In this document: positions 23,481-38,215 of the stretch, piece after piece | How positions within the stretch are numbered: position 1 is the first letter of the stretch | Layout of the letters: every line of letters begins with the position of its first letter | Assembly (NCBI GenBank): GCA_038087875.1 | Contig: CM075994.1 | Location: 4,962,001-5,022,000 of the forward strand | Direction of reading: 5' to 3' | DNA: 60,000 bases | Source: Malacoraja senta | Taxonomy: Eukaryota | The notes under the pieces: model-generated | The model's database searches: none | Seen by the model: only the letters and a program-made list of their open reading frames with translations | Told to the model about the DNA's origin: nothing | Position numbers and translations under genes: made by a program

Positions 23481-25967
23481 AAGCTCAGTTAGTTATTCCA
23501 CTATACGTCGAAATATATTTACGCCATAGAGTAAATATTTATAATACTTGTTGACACGAAGAAAATGTGCGGTAAATTTGTACCCCACTTCTTCAGCAAT
23601 ATCATTGCGCCTTTTTCCAAACTTTTTCGTTTTTGTCGGTAGAGTCACAATGCTCCGAGGGAACGGTGAATTAAATGCTTTAACACTTCAAAACAACACA
23701 CCCGTTGTCGTTTCCCGCATTCTTGCCTCTATGATTAAAACATAAGAAAACAGTTAGCGTTCCCAAAACTTTGTATGGCCAACATACTAGCTGATTGCTT
23801 TTTGGCAAGCAAAATAGTTCAGAATTTCTTGGAAAACTAGGTGATATCGCGCAATATGTGCGAGAACGTTGAATTCATTGGTATTTTTTGCTGATATTGA
23901 TTTAAATTACGGGGGAATCTTTAAATAATTCGCCATATACCGAAACATAATCGCATTGCTTCCCTTTTGTTTATGTTCATGACGCTTCAACCCTGCTTTT
24001 GCTCGGGTAAAATGTTTTACTTCGTACTGGGTGAAACTTGGAAGCAACGCAGTATCATAACATGATTCGGTAAGCATAATGCGCATTCGTATCCTTTATT
24101 ATATAACACATGTTAATGTCCTATTTACCAGATTTAATTTTGGAAACATATAATGCATTTGCACTTCTTAAAAATCTTGTGCTTAATATGAAAACATATT
24201 CATTCAAATTTTATAGTCGTCTTATTGGCCATTAAGAAATGCTAAAAATGTGGCACATATAATTCTACTGGACCGTACGTTTTATTCGCTGCTTCCACTC
24301 ATTTAACCTATCGTGATTGAATGTATTATTGTCAGCCTATAATTGGTTGCTTGCAAGAATAGAAGTTACCATAACGTAACGAAATTCCGGACAGGTTTAC
24401 TTATCAGTCCTGTTTTTACTTTATCGTGTTGATTGTCAATATTTATCAATTTGCGCCTTTTCCTAGCTTAAGTAAATGTCATGGCAAGGAACGAAATGCA
24501 AATATATATATTCGAAAGGACGCTCAAAGTACGCCATTGATTCAGAAACGTCGGAAATGTCGATGACATGCACTGTACAGAGTAATGTTGGTTCCTACCG
24601 TCTTCATTCATGTCACCTTCAATGTTATCAATTGAGATTACGGTAACGATTGCAAAAACGAGAGTGCTAACAATAGCGACATTAAGTCAAGTGGGGTAAA
24701 CGTAATACAACCATATATTTTAAACGCAATACCTTATAGGAATACTAATTATACAAAGTGAATAAACATAAGTGTGCATGTCTCTTTATCAGCTGCGAAC
24801 AGGGAGAAACGTGGCACATAACTATTAAACCATAGCAAGTAGCATTATTAATTTAAGTAAAGCACACGGAAAGGAAATACATATAACTGAGGAAGCAACA
24901 TATGCCCCCCCCCCCCTCACAACGATGTCCATTCTCTTCAACTGGTTTACTAGTTTCAACAAAGTCAAATGCAGAATATCAATTCTAGCAACAAAAGAAT
25001 GTGCGGACTGAAATTTACTAGAAAGTCTAATTACATCAGCAAAATGGAAAACATAGTTGCATATAAGAAGATCTTTGAGGTTTAAACTTAATTTAAAAGC
25101 TTGTACGCTCACTTTGAACCTGCAACCGTCTTTTCATTTCATCCAACTCTGTATCAACAAAAAGATCATTTTGTCACATATCTTCGACATCTTACCCTTC
25201 GATCGCATTATATAACCCCCTCCCCCTTTGAAGCATCACATAATCAGACTTTGCAGTCCTTCGAATATTCCACACTAAGTCTTTCGTTTGACGTTCACCA
25301 AACAGATTCAATCAGAGTCTACAGGATTTATGTTTTATCTCATTCAACTCCTTTGTCAGGTTTTCAACATGAAATGTTAACAGGTTTCCCTTCCAGGGCA
25401 TCTGTATGAACAATATGTGTTTTCGTTCTCTGCTGATAGATGTACCCCGAGATCTGTTGAGTTATGCAGTATTTTGCATCGCAGTTACATAATGTTTTGT
25501 TTGGCTAGATTATATGCTCTCGTTGTTTCATTCTATATCGCTCCATTATATTATTGCCATTAAAATGCGGTCACCCATCATTTCCCTGTCGGCAGGACCA
25601 CGTTCTGCAATTCAATCACGGTCTGACCTACATTGCGAACCAGGCAACTGATTTTGGTATCTCATGATTGCCATGTTTTTTGCTACTTAAAGAATTTTCG
25701 AAGTCGAACTCATCCGAGAAAGGGTCGGATTTATGTACCATAGGCTTGGACACCTACGGCGTGGTTTTATTCTATAACGACTGCTCTGTAGGTGAAAAGA
25801 ATTTCGGGATTTGAAAGTCCCTGTGAAAATAATGTGGCGAGTAGGTACAGTGTAATCTCTACTCAAGTACCAGGTCAATGTGTAATGGTTAATGTATAAC
25901 TGGTATTACTACTGGTGTGGCAGGTATTTGAATTTTGGCGACATTTTATTGATCCGATTTTGTCAGT

Positions 25968-26045
25968 CAGACCCGAAGCGTCGCCAATTCCTTCTCTTCA
26001 GTGATGATATCTATCCGCTGACTTCCTCCAGCATTTTGTATCTTT
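25968..26045 (+). mobile_element. Degenerate Penelope terminal fragment
   Basis: gacccgaagcgtcgccaattccttctct...ccgctgacttcctccagcattttgtatct. Confidence 0.55.
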
Positions 26046-28270
26046 TTCAGTCATATATGTTCGTCACGCTCCCCTCAACAGACAAATGGTGTTATATCGA
26101 TTATCGCGAAAACTATATTACAATTGAGTTGTCCTGACAAAATCCCCTGCTTAGGTTCAGTGCCCAGTTTTCCACATAACAAGAAATATAGCCTCGAACC
26201 CATTTTGTCGTCGAATCCGTTAAGAAATGTGTTACTTTTGGAACAACTCTGATCTTCAGTGCCTTCATATGCTGTTAGAATCTATGGAAATAACTGTAAA
26301 TCTGAAATCTGATAGATTTCTTTTTTCTGAGGCAGGATCTCCATTCAATGTTAACAGCTATCGGTCTATCTCGTCGTCATCGGAAATTTCGAGCCTCCAC
26401 GTTTATCTTGTTGGGTAGGAAAAACAACAATCTATGTACTTGGAAGGTAAACCACCCATTTTGAAACAACAATTTTCAAATACGTGTCAAAAAATTTGGT
26501 GAAAATGTCTCTCTTCACCACCCAAGAGTACAATTTAAAATTTAAAAAATAGCCATGCAAATTAATATATTACCAATATCCTTGTTACGTAGATCGCTTT
26601 CTGCAATAAAAACAATTGCACATAATATCGTTCAGCAAGGATTTATAAAACAGTTGGATACACAATCATCTTTTTTACTCTCCCCGTCTATTTTTCGCAG
26701 GGAATAAAAATCGGGATGAATTTGCTGCTATACTAACACTGTCTCATTAGGACGCAAATATTGTCAATTGGCTGATCGTCTGACCTTTAATTCGCCATTA
26801 AATTATCTTCAATGATTTGTATAACTCACAAAACCAATTTGTGTGTATGTGTGTGTGCGGACATTTGTATTGATTTCAAAGTGAGTGGTGCATTTTAATG
26901 TATTTGTCGAAAATTGGGAAGATTAGGAAGCTTTAATATAATTTTACTATGAAATATATTGAGAAACCATTCGGTTTCCAAATGTCCACCAAAATTACAG
27001 TCGTATTTCCCCCCGACTGCTTATAGATAAATATCAGCACGAATGATCTCTGCCTAATATTGAAATAAATAAAGTGAATCTAAAATATAAAGATGGTATT
27101 TTCAACAAACTACAAGTTGTTTTTCAGCATGGTATTATGGCTAATAAGCCCGTGCACTGTAAAGTCGCAGACCTGTCTATGACTCTAACTGCAAATGACA
27201 TTAAATAAAGTAGCCATCCCCGCCAAAAGTAATATTTTATCAAGTTGAACCTGATTCTAATTACTGTCGCTTGTTTCTTTACTTGGGGCTTGAAATATTT
27301 CTAGACACATTTCTCACCAGAATCTTGCAAGTTTTCCTTCATTGTATTTATTTCTGAAAACTGAAAGAATAATAATGACGGGTGAGTCATTTATGTTCTA
27401 ATCACATCTGAATGATGTAGACGAAACACTTTGTGACATACCTCTGGATGTTCACATGATTTTCGTTATTCACCTCGTCTTTTTTAGGAACTCGGGAAGA
27501 ATGTGCAATAGCTGATCTATTTCGATCGGCTTTGTTGAATCAAATTATCACATAAATATTTTGGACAACCTCCCATGGTATTTAACTAATGGTATCTGTC
27601 ATCAATGTAAAATCGTAAACGGCATGCTTGCTGATATTTCAAAATCGTACACTACGTATTTTATATCTCAGTCTATCACGTTCAGACATAGGTATTTTAT
27701 TTGTCCAATATTGTCTGAAGATTTGAGTTATGAAACGGCCCTGCATATTTTCAATCGTCGCTTTATTATGTTTGATCATGTATTTGTTAATGTGGTTTGC
27801 TTGATTTAATACCGAAAAGCGTATTGACCTATTTACATCAATTGATATATATCAACTGTCTAAAGGTTTAAGCCTATTATTAGCCATGTCAGCAATCCAT
27901 TGCACCATAGGGGATGTTCAGTCGTAGGTTCTCAACGATATGATATTTGAGGTATATTTGTCACTTAAGAAGGCGCTTCCCTACCTCCACTGTAACCTCG
28001 CAGGTGGGGGGGATTGATTAATTGTCTCCTTCCAACCATATCGGATGTGTTAACTGCCAGGACAAAAGCGAATCAGTCCCGACATGCAGCAGAATTCAGC
28101 TGTCGTGGCCCTATATAGAAGAGTTGTGGAAGCTAATATTATTTTTGTTGTTTTATGCGCACGTTTCATGGCCGAGGAAGGCATACGCATGAAATAACAA
28201 ATGTAACTGCCAAAGATCTTTTCATCACCATCTCAAGTGATAGCATGGAAATAAATTTACGACTGAATTA

Positions 28271-31200
28271 TAGAAACATAGATATTAGGTGCAGGAGGAG
28301 GCCATTCGGCCCTTCGATCCAGCACCGCCATTCATTGTGATCATGGCTGATCGTCCCCAATCAATAACCCGTGCCTGCGTTCTCCCCATATCCCTTGATT
28401 CCACTAGCACCTAGAGCTCTAGCTAACTCTCTCTTAATTCCATCCAGTGATTTGTCCTCCACTGCTTTCTGTGGCAGGGAATTCCGCAAATGCACAACTC
28501 TTTGGCTAAACAATGTTTTCTCACCTCAGTCTTAAATGGCCTCCCCTTTATTTTAATACTGTAGCCCCTGGTTCTGGACTCGCCCAACATTGGGAACATT
28601 TTTCTTGCATCCAGCCCTTTTATGATTGAATGTTTCTACCAGGTACACCCTCATCCTTATAAACTCCAGCCTAGTTTTTCAAATCTCTCCTCATATGACA
28701 GTCCCGGCATCCAGGGATCAATCTCGTGAACCTACGCTGCACTGCCTCAATAACAAGCATGTCCTTCCTCAACTTAGGATACCAAAATGTACACAAGGCT
28801 CTAGATGTCCAGCTGTACACAATACACCAGAGCCCTATACAACTGTAGAAGAACCTCTTTACCCCTATACTGAAATCCTTTTGTTATGAAGACCAACATT
28901 CCATTAGCTTTCTTCACACCCTGCTGTCCCTGCACGCCAACTTTCAGTGATCGGTGTACATAGATACCCAGGTCTCGCTGCACCTCCCCCTTACCTAAAT
29001 TAAGCCCATTGAGATAATAATCTGCTCCCTTGTTTGTGCCGCCAAATTGGTTAACCTCACATTATCTATATTATACTGCATCTGCCACGCATCTGCCCAC
29101 TGACTCAACCTGACCAGGTCACCCTGCAGCGTCCTAAAATCCTCTTCACAGTTCACGCTGTCACCCAGCTTTGTGTCATCCGCAAACATGCTAGTGTAGC
29201 CCCTAATTCCCTCTTCCAGATCATTAATACATGGTAAACAGTGGCGGCCCCAACATCCGGCGCTCCACTCGCCACTGCCTGCCATTCTGAAAAGGACCTG
29301 TCACTCCCACACTTTGGTTCCTGTCTGCCAACCAATTTTCTATCGATGTCAACTACCTACCCCCAAAACTATGTGCTCTAATTGTAGTCACCAATCTCCC
29401 GTGCGGGACCTTATCAAAGGCTTCCTGAAAGTCTAGGTACTCTACATCCACTGGGTCCCCTTTATCTATTTTGCTTGTCACATCCTCAAAACATTCCAGA
29501 ATATTAGTCAAGCATGATTTCCCTTTCATAAATCCATGTTTGACTAATCCTTTTACTGCTATCCAAATGCCCCATTATTACCTCTTTCATAATGACTCCA
29601 GCATCGTTCCCACCAACGAAGTCAGGCTAACAGGTCTGTAATTCCCCGTTTTCTATCTCTCTCCTTTCTTGAAAAGTGGGATAACATTACCTATCCACCA
29701 ATCCACATGGACTGATCCTGAATCTGTTGAATATTGGAAAATGATCACCAAAGCGTCCACTATTTCTAGAGCCACCTCCCTGAGGACCCTGTGATGCAGA
29801 CCATCTGGCCCTGGGGATTTATCAACCTTCAGTCCCACAAGCCTACCAAATACTATTTCTCGCCTAATGAACATGTATTTAAGTTCCTCTACAGCCTTAG
29901 ATCTGGGAGATTGTTTGAGTCTTTCTTAGAGAAGACTGATCCGAAGTACATGTTCAACTCTTCTGCCATTTATTTGTTACCCATAATAATTTCACCCATG
30001 TCTGCCTTCAAGTGAGCACATTTGACCTTTCTACTCTTTGTCCCTTAATACATCTAATGACGCTTTTAATGTCCTTCTTTATATTGCTGGCAAGCTTCCC
30101 TCGTACTTCATCTTTTCAGCCCGTATTGCCAGTATTGTTTCCTTCTGTTGTCACATGAACATTTCCCCAATCCTCTGGCTTCCGACTACTCTTTGCTGTG
30201 TAATAGATGTTTTTTTGGTTGTATTCTATCCTCAACTTCTCTTGTCATCCACGATTGCCTCCTACTCCTCTTAGAATCTTTGTTCTTTTGGGGAATGGAA
30301 TGATCCTGTGTCTTCCGGATTATGCCCAGAAATTCCTGTCATTGCTGTTCCACCGTCATTCCTGCTAGGATCCCTTTTCCAGCCTGCCTTGGCCAGCTCT
30401 TCTCTCATGCCTCCGTAGTCCCATTTGTTCAAGTGCATCACTGACACTTAAGATTTAACCTTCTCCTTCTCAAATTGCAGATTAAAACTAATCATATTAT
30501 GATCACTACCTCCAAGCGGTTCATTTACCTCGAGTTATCTTATCATTCTATTTCATTAGACAAGACTGTATCCAGAATATCCTTTTCTCCGGTAGGCTCC
30601 CTTACAAGCTGCCCAAAATAATCCATCTCGGACGCAATCTACAAACTCTCTTTCTTGGGCTCCTGAAACCTGATTTTCCCAGTATACCTGCATATTGAAA
30701 TCCCCCATCACCACAGCGACATTACCTTTGTTACATGCCAGATTTAACTCCAGCTGCAACTTACACCCTACATCCGGACTACTATTTGGGGGTCTGTAGA
30801 TAACACCAATTAGTGTATTCTTGCATTTACAATTCCTCAACTCAATCCAAAGTGACTCCACCTCCTCTGTCCCTATGTCTTCCTTCCCAAGGTCATTCCT
30901 TACGCATTTCACCTTTCACATCGATCACTATTACACTTGGCCATCCTCTCCGATCCCTTTGTGAGCTTACTTTCCCGTAAATTCTGGGGTCATTAACTAT
31001 CCCTTTACTCTCTATCCCTTTAACTCCGACGTTGACTATCCCATTTGAACCCCCCCCCCTTATTTAGCATAAAACCACCCGTGCGGCAGTGGCAAACCTG
31101 ACTGCAAGAATGCTGGTCCCACACCTGTTAAGGTGCAAGCCGTCCCTTTTGTACAGTTGCCCCTTACACCAAAACAGATCCCAGTGGTCTAAGAATCTAA

Positions 31201-32270
31201 ATCCCTATCCATTGCACCATTCCTCAACCACACAATCAGTTCCTGTATCTCACTATTCCTGCTCTCGCCAGCACGGGGAACTGGTCGCAAACCGAAGAAA
31301 ACCACACTGGAGGTCCAGCTTTTCAGCATTTTTCCGAGCTCTCTAAAGTCACTCTGCAGAATATTCATCCACTTCTTTCCGACATCGTTTGTGCCGACAT
31401 GCACTACCTCTTCCATTGCCCTTGAGGATTTTCTGCACTCTGCCGGTGACATCCTGGATCCAGGCACCAGGGAGGCAGCACGTTTGTTCCCTCGATTCCC
31501 GTCTGTTGCCGCAGAAACCCCTGTCCGTACCTCTCACAATGGAGTCTCCAACTGCCACGTCGTTGCCTGACGTCGGCCACTTTGATTTTGGCTCAACAGC
31601 ACTTTTTGCTTCGCAAGCCAGTCCGCCTCTCAGTCTGTTAACATATTCTGACCCGACAGCTTCCAAGTGGGTGAACCTGTTCTCAAGAAGTAGAACACCC
31701 GAGGAACTTTGCATTCCATGTTTCCATCCCTTTCTCATCGTCACCCACCTTCTCTCTTCCAGTACCTTAGGTGTAACATTATTAATATTGGACTTGTCGA
31801 GGAACGACTCAGTTTCTCGGACGAAACTGAGGTCATCCACTTGCTTCTCCGGTTCCCCAACACGGTCCTTCAGAAGCTGCACCTACGTGCACATCTCACA
31901 TTTGTAGCAGCCAGAGGCACCAGCGGTATCCATGACCTCCCACATCTTGCAAGCATCAAACTGAATCAGCTTGATTGACATTTCCTTCTTTCGTTTCACC
32001 CTCTCCAGCGTTTGGTGTGGCGTCCTCCCTCAGACTCCTCGCCGGAGTCTCGCAGCCAAAGACTCGCACTTTTCTCACAGGTCACTAGCAGGCAATTTTC
32101 TCACAGGACACTTCTCTCGACAGGGCCACACCCAGACAGGGCCGCACCGCTTGAGCTAGTCTTGCTTATATCAGATGCTAAATTGCCTAATTGTCCAATT
32201 TACCAATCTTCCAATCTAATTGTTCAGTCAATCCCCACACTCACTCCTAACCTTCCTTCTTCTGATGAGC
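28271..32270 (-). mobile_element. Second near-full-length CR1 of the same family as 826-6720, more decayed and internally deleted
   Basis: Same 3' end (tagaaacatag...aggaggccattcggcccttc) and colinear ORF2 fragments (KSPGPDGLHHRVLRE, FADDTKLG, VIYRPPNS). ORF1 has VGDSIVRG and HVGTND. The ORF2 start is deleted at ~30900. Confidence 0.92.
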
Positions 32271-34129
32271 TTGGAACTACGTGCTTTGTGCGACCTGCAC
32301 TCAAAGAGTTATGTGGTTAGAAAAGGTCAAATGTGAAATTAAATGTATAAGTCTACAACATATTCTGCAGACTGAGAGCGAAATCGATCTATTTCAGAGT
32401 ATATCAGATTGCGGCTCGAATTTCTGTGGAACTGATCCTTTGAGTAATACATTCTGCATTGTGCAATTTCCCCTTTGATCCGTCTATTGGACTTGTTTGA
32501 CGATTGCATTTATGTATGTATCATCTGATGTCTTCGGATATCATACACATCATATCAAACATCACTATACCTCGGTGCCAACAGCAAGAATAACACCTAA
32601 ACTCTCCTAAACGCGTTTTTGTGGAAAATGATGAATGAAAGTTTCATTAAAATTTTAACCGATGAGCCGCTGAAGGCCATCGATAATTAGTGGTCTTGAC
32701 GGAATCAACGTTAGTGGAAAAAGGCTCATGTCAATGGTCTAGTAAATTAAACACTAGACCACAATGGCGGATAGGATGAAATGGCATTCATTGGAATGAT
32801 TTTGAAATATAATGGAGAAATCAGGGAAGTGCTCCGTTGTTGGAATAATTCTGCAGAAAATGCATTAACCTAGTTCAATTAATTAGGTTGCCCTCTGTAT
32901 TAATTGCGTAGATTAAAACAAGCAGCCTGTATGCTGAATAATGTTTCTTCTTTTTATATTCAACTCCAGGAAGGAAATTAAAAGGCTGTAAATTTATTGT
33001 TAGGGGATCTAATATACTTGGAACAACAAATCCAGGAGAATGCGGATTGTATCTTCAAGCTGGCACCATGGAATATTGTCACTTCTCTTTGCCAGCTTAC
33101 ATATTCCGATTCAATTAAGGTACGCTCGAATGATATGAATCGCTAACAACGAGAGTATCAATGGATGCTCGTTGTTATAATTAGTTTTCAACTATGAGGT
33201 TGTTGGTGAAATTAACCGCTTTCTTTTACCATTATCTTTTAGAAGAAGTTGCATCACTGGCAAAAGAAAAGAACAAACCAATTGTAAACATGCTCTCGTA
33301 TAAGTTGTCACCCTTTCAAAGTTGTATACATAATTGTCTTATATTCTGCAATGATCCAAGGAATGAAGAAGAGATTTGCAGACCAGAGCAACATCCGTGT
33401 TTCTACTATTGTAGGATTGTGTGTGATCTAAATGTAAGTAGCGTTGCGGGACAAACATCTAACTACACGTCATAGCATGGACGTAATGATACTATTAAGA
33501 ACGCTTTTGCTGTAGTAAATAATTTCCATTATAACGTTATATCATAATTACGTTAATACGTAGAAATGTACATTAGGGGCTGATAATGGAACAGGTCTGC
33601 ATTTTTTTGTACCTCAAAACTCTCCTCAAATTCCTTCTCATCGCCTGACACGGAGACGGGAAAGTCCAGCCTCGGTTTGCATTTTGTGGACAGCATTCTC
33701 CCGAATGACTGCTTGAATGTTGTGTTGCAAAGGGATCTAGATTTATCGCTGAATGTCAATTAAATGTGGGCAATGAATGAATTGCAGACGGCAGCTGAGC
33801 GAAATCCAGGACATTCTCACTTCAGTGACTTAGTCTGCATCTTTTGCGTTCGGCACATGGTGAAGGGCGAAGAGGGGGTCAGGTACATTCGCTCATCCAG
33901 TTGCTTCTCAACTTGCAACGAAGAAGCATTTTGCACCGTGGTAAGCTAATTACTAATATCCCCCAGACGATGGGGAAATCCGATGTAATTTATCTGTATT
34001 AGATTTGTTTTTAACTTTTTGAGGTATAGCGTGACAACAGACGTTTCGCCCCACCGAATCCACCGAAAGACGACCATCGGTTCCTAGTCGCCCTACGTCC
34101 ACGTTTCCCCACTTACTTCTCCACACATG

Positions 34130-34330
34130 CTTATAGGCAATAATTTACAGAGGCCAATTAACCTACAAACTCAGGCGATTTTTTGGATGTGGGAGGAGAC
34201 CGGAGCATCTGAATGAAATTGATGCGGTCATCGGTAGAATACGCACACTCCACACAGACAACGCACGATGTCAGTATCCAACCCGGGTGTCATGCAGCTT
34301 AAAGCAGTAGTTCAACGAGTCACAGCCGGT
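34130..34330 (-). mobile_element. V-SINE/HE1-like SINE fragment
   Basis: aatttacagaggccaattaacctacaaac...ggatgtgggaggagaccggagca...actccacacagaca...aacccggg. Confidence 0.7.
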
Positions 34331-37300
34331 GGATACGTACTAAATTGCACAAAGGAGAACATGGTTTAAAACATTACAATGGACATTACCAGCTACCTAA
34401 ACATATTTTCACGATCCTCCACTTCTGTGATCTTGAGCCGTGTTCTATTCCAGTTATGACGTTATCAGTCTATAAGCCTGTAAGACTATAGAGCACGTTT
34501 CTACATCCCATAATTTGCATTTTTTTTCCCTGCGTCTGTATGTTCCCCAAATGCATCGAAATATTTTTGTGAACCTAAAACCGATTGACCAGCAACGTAA
34601 TAGGAATGTGACAAAAGACAGAGGGGTTCTATTTAAAGGAAAATGTGTGTGATAAAACAACTAGCAAATTCTAAGTGTCCCGGGAACAAATGGTGATATG
34701 TCAGGCGTGTCGATTGCTTCCAAGTGATGTGCAAGTGAAAAGCACGCTTTCAGAGCAGATACATGAAGGCAGAAAGCAAGAAGCGCCGAAGACAGTTCAT
34801 TTTTATCTTACCAACAAGGACATTCATTACCTCTTTGCAATGCATCCCCTACCATTCCTATGTCTGCATGCATCATTTCACGAATGTGGATTAAGAAATA
34901 TAGTTGTATCCACATCAGGAAACGAATATTACAATTGAAATATATTAAATATCATGTAAATTGACTTACTCAATAGTAGGACGGAGGTAATGTAACGCAG
35001 CTTATACATGCATCATTACCGTTATTGTACCGACATTTGCTCATGCATATAATTACAATATATTCTTAATTGCTTACGGGTATCTTGTAGAAGTTTTTTG
35101 ATTTCTGAATGACTCAACATGAAAATAATTACATATATATATATATATAAAGTATGTACATTAAGCAATTTGCGCTAGTGTCGCACAATAGCGAACACAT
35201 GCACACTTACACAAACACACAAACACGCACGTGCATCGACAAAATAGTGCAAATTAGGCAACCCGTATCCGATATTATTTCCCACATGTAAACATTAACA
35301 CGTGGTGATTACATTTCGACGAAGCGACTCTCATAAAACACATCCATTTGGTTCCAAGGAATGTAAATCCATCTCCAATGAATGTTATTTATTGCCCTCA
35401 TGCCGGGTCTTTATATTCGTCATGTTTGTCATCCATTCCTTTTCAAGAAATCACAAACATTATCATCAATTGGCTGTGCTCAATTCCAGTTTCGTCAAGA
35501 CATTCAATTGCACGGCTTGCACCAACATTTATCCATGATATGGACAAATGAAGCTATCTTCAGTATACAAATAAAATCAATTATCTCATATCTGGAAGTC
35601 TTGCGGAAGGGATGGCGCAACATATCATTGCGTTGTGTGACGTGATTCTATGAAACTATTCAGTATTTGAAATTAATCGCTTCACAAAGAACGTAGATAT
35701 TGGATGCTAGATTTCGTGCTGAATGATCTCGTGAAGAATGCCCCCTAAAAAGAGAGGACTGCAGTTCCGTACATGCCATTAGCCAACCGGTATGTTGCGG
35801 TAAATCAGAAATTGCGTCTCGAAGCCACCCTTAAATAACGATGAAAACGATTTCGATCCGAATAATTGGTTCACATTGACAGTGATAGCGAAAACAAGGA
35901 ATGCAGTATCTATAATTGACTTTAGCTTGTGGATAATAACACAGAGACCATACTTTTGGAAAATTAACAGGCAGTCAGACTATTTTAATGACTACATTAA
36001 AATACGTATTTACTATCAAATTAGTAGAAACATTGTTCTCCACGTTACAGTTGTGAACAGTCAAGAGATTACAGCTCGAGATTTGTAAAATTGTGCATGG
36101 GAAACTGATAGCATCATGGCAAAATAAATCGACTGAAAGTCAATTAAGATCTCTTCTCGTACACGCGGCTCATAAATCATTCGACTTTGTTTAAATGAGA
36201 AAATGCTCAAAATGGATTAAAACTGTGGTTATCCTTCACTATGTAGTGATCTATATCATTCCTCCTCAAACATATAAAGAATCAAAGTAAATTTGAAAGC
36301 AACAGAAGCATGTAAATGCATCTTTGTGGAACGATCATATCAAGCCCTTTGTCTTTCACACACCTTTATGTGTTTATACATCTCTAAAACTGTCATTTCT
36401 ATCCTCCACATTTTTGGAAAGCACTAGACGAAAGAAGGGTCTAACGTTGCTTTTACGAAATTGCAAAGCAGTCCTAATCTACCCGAGTGATTATTGAGAA
36501 CTGTAGCGTTTGCAAAATTCTGAAGAGGGTTATTTCCTGCGTTTCAAAGAGGTTCCAAAGATATCTCCGCATGTGTCCGTGTGATCGTAATATGTTCCAC
36601 CATGGGAAGAACAATCACACATTTCAATTTTAAAGTGTCTTGCAAAGAAACGGTTAATAAGAGGTGGCTGTCCATAGATTCCGTCAGCTTGAAAAACCAC
36701 CGGGTTGCAAAGAGTACCCACAGACAGTGCTGATTTCATGTTCGAGCGTTTGATCGGATGTCCATATTGATAGTCTTGGCTCTTTTGAGAAGTCTTCGGC
36801 TATTTTAACTCAAATCATATTGAACAATAAGAATATTAGAGTGTGGTAGATATCTAGTTGATGTAGCAAAGATGTGGGTCCCAGGCGCAGTAACGCTGGA
36901 AGGAAAAACATGACTCTAAAGTCTCTTCAGTAAAATGTAAAACTCACAAAAATGTAAATGATTGCCCATATATATATCGAGGTTATCGAACCAGGTCAAT
37001 GTGTCCAGGATTCAGTAATTTGCCGTGACCGACATAATGATGGGAGATATTTCAATAATCCCATTAAATATTACAGATTCGGCGTAATTTTGGTCACCGC
37101 CTCTTTATTTGCTTTATATCTGAATCAATACAACTCTGGTCGAAACATCGATTGCCAACCACATTCCGGACATCATGTAAAAGTAACCACATTTCATATC
37201 GATTTAGCAAAATAAAATAAAATCAATGAGTCCGGGTTAAATTAAGGTACAGTTCTCACCGGCCGATGTCAAAGCTATCATTAAAAATGATGGGTCTCGC

Positions 37301-37499
37301 AGTTGATGGAAATTATCAAATTGCAATGATGTAGTTATAAATGTACGCTACTTCGAACTCGCAGACAAGCCTAGGCTCCGTTCCGATACGGGTTCTCATT
37401 ATTCCAAAGTGTATAGCATATTTTTCATCCACTCAGCTTGAAAACGTTCCGATCACTCCACCTTCCCAATGCGTCTTTATTGGTTTTCGAGTTAAAGGA

Positions 37500-38215
37500 T
37501 TCATTGGTTATAAAGGTTTCAAAGGTATTTTATTGTTACGTCTACCACTTCAGGTACAGTCAATATGCGAATTGCCATACAGCCACGCGAAAAAAAGACC
37601 AACAAGACATACACCAACATAAAAGTTAACATAAACATCAACCACAGAGGATTCCCCACGTTCCCCACTGTGGTGCAAGGCAAAAAAATCCAATCGGCTT
37701 TATATTTATTCTCCTGCGGTCGGAGCAGTCTAAACTTCCTTCGGGGCGATGAAAGCTCCCGTAGCCGGCGGTCGAAGCTCCCCACGTCGGGGCGATAGGA
37801 ACTCCCGCGTAAGGGCTATCGAAACTCCCGCGTCGGGGCGAACGAAACTCCCCGGACTTGTAGTTCCCCAAATCAGTCTCTGTTCAGATGTTAAGTCCGC
37901 AACCACCCTCGGTTAAAGCTCCGAACTCGACCCCTGGCAATAGGATCGCGAGTACCGCGATGATAAGTCCGCAGGCGACCGCAGTGTAACTCACAAAGTC
38001 ATTCTCCAGCAAAGGACGCGAACTACTCGTTGTTAGGCCTCAGTGCACACGGATATACGATACGGAAAAACCCCGCATCTCCAGTGAGTTAAGATAATTT
38101 TTAAAAAATCACCCCCCCCCCCCACATAGAACAATGCCAAAAAACACTAAAAACCTACATTTAAATCATACAATTAAAACACAAAGAAGGAAAGGACAGA
38201 CAGAATGTTGGCGAT
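37500..38215 (-). mobile_element. Non-autonomous retroposon related to 16847-17547, with internal ~30-bp repeats
   Basis: Shared block aacatc(a/c)accacag...cactgtg(g/a)tg..aggcaaaa; repeated gaa(a/g)ctccc(g)cgtcggggcga units at ~37740-37855; minus-strand caataaa near 37530. Confidence 0.55.

Noticed and set aside
32969..33119. Segment with a good acceptor and a gtacgc donor
   Set aside because: All three frames contain a stop and no homology was recognised; could be a non-coding exon but is unsupported.
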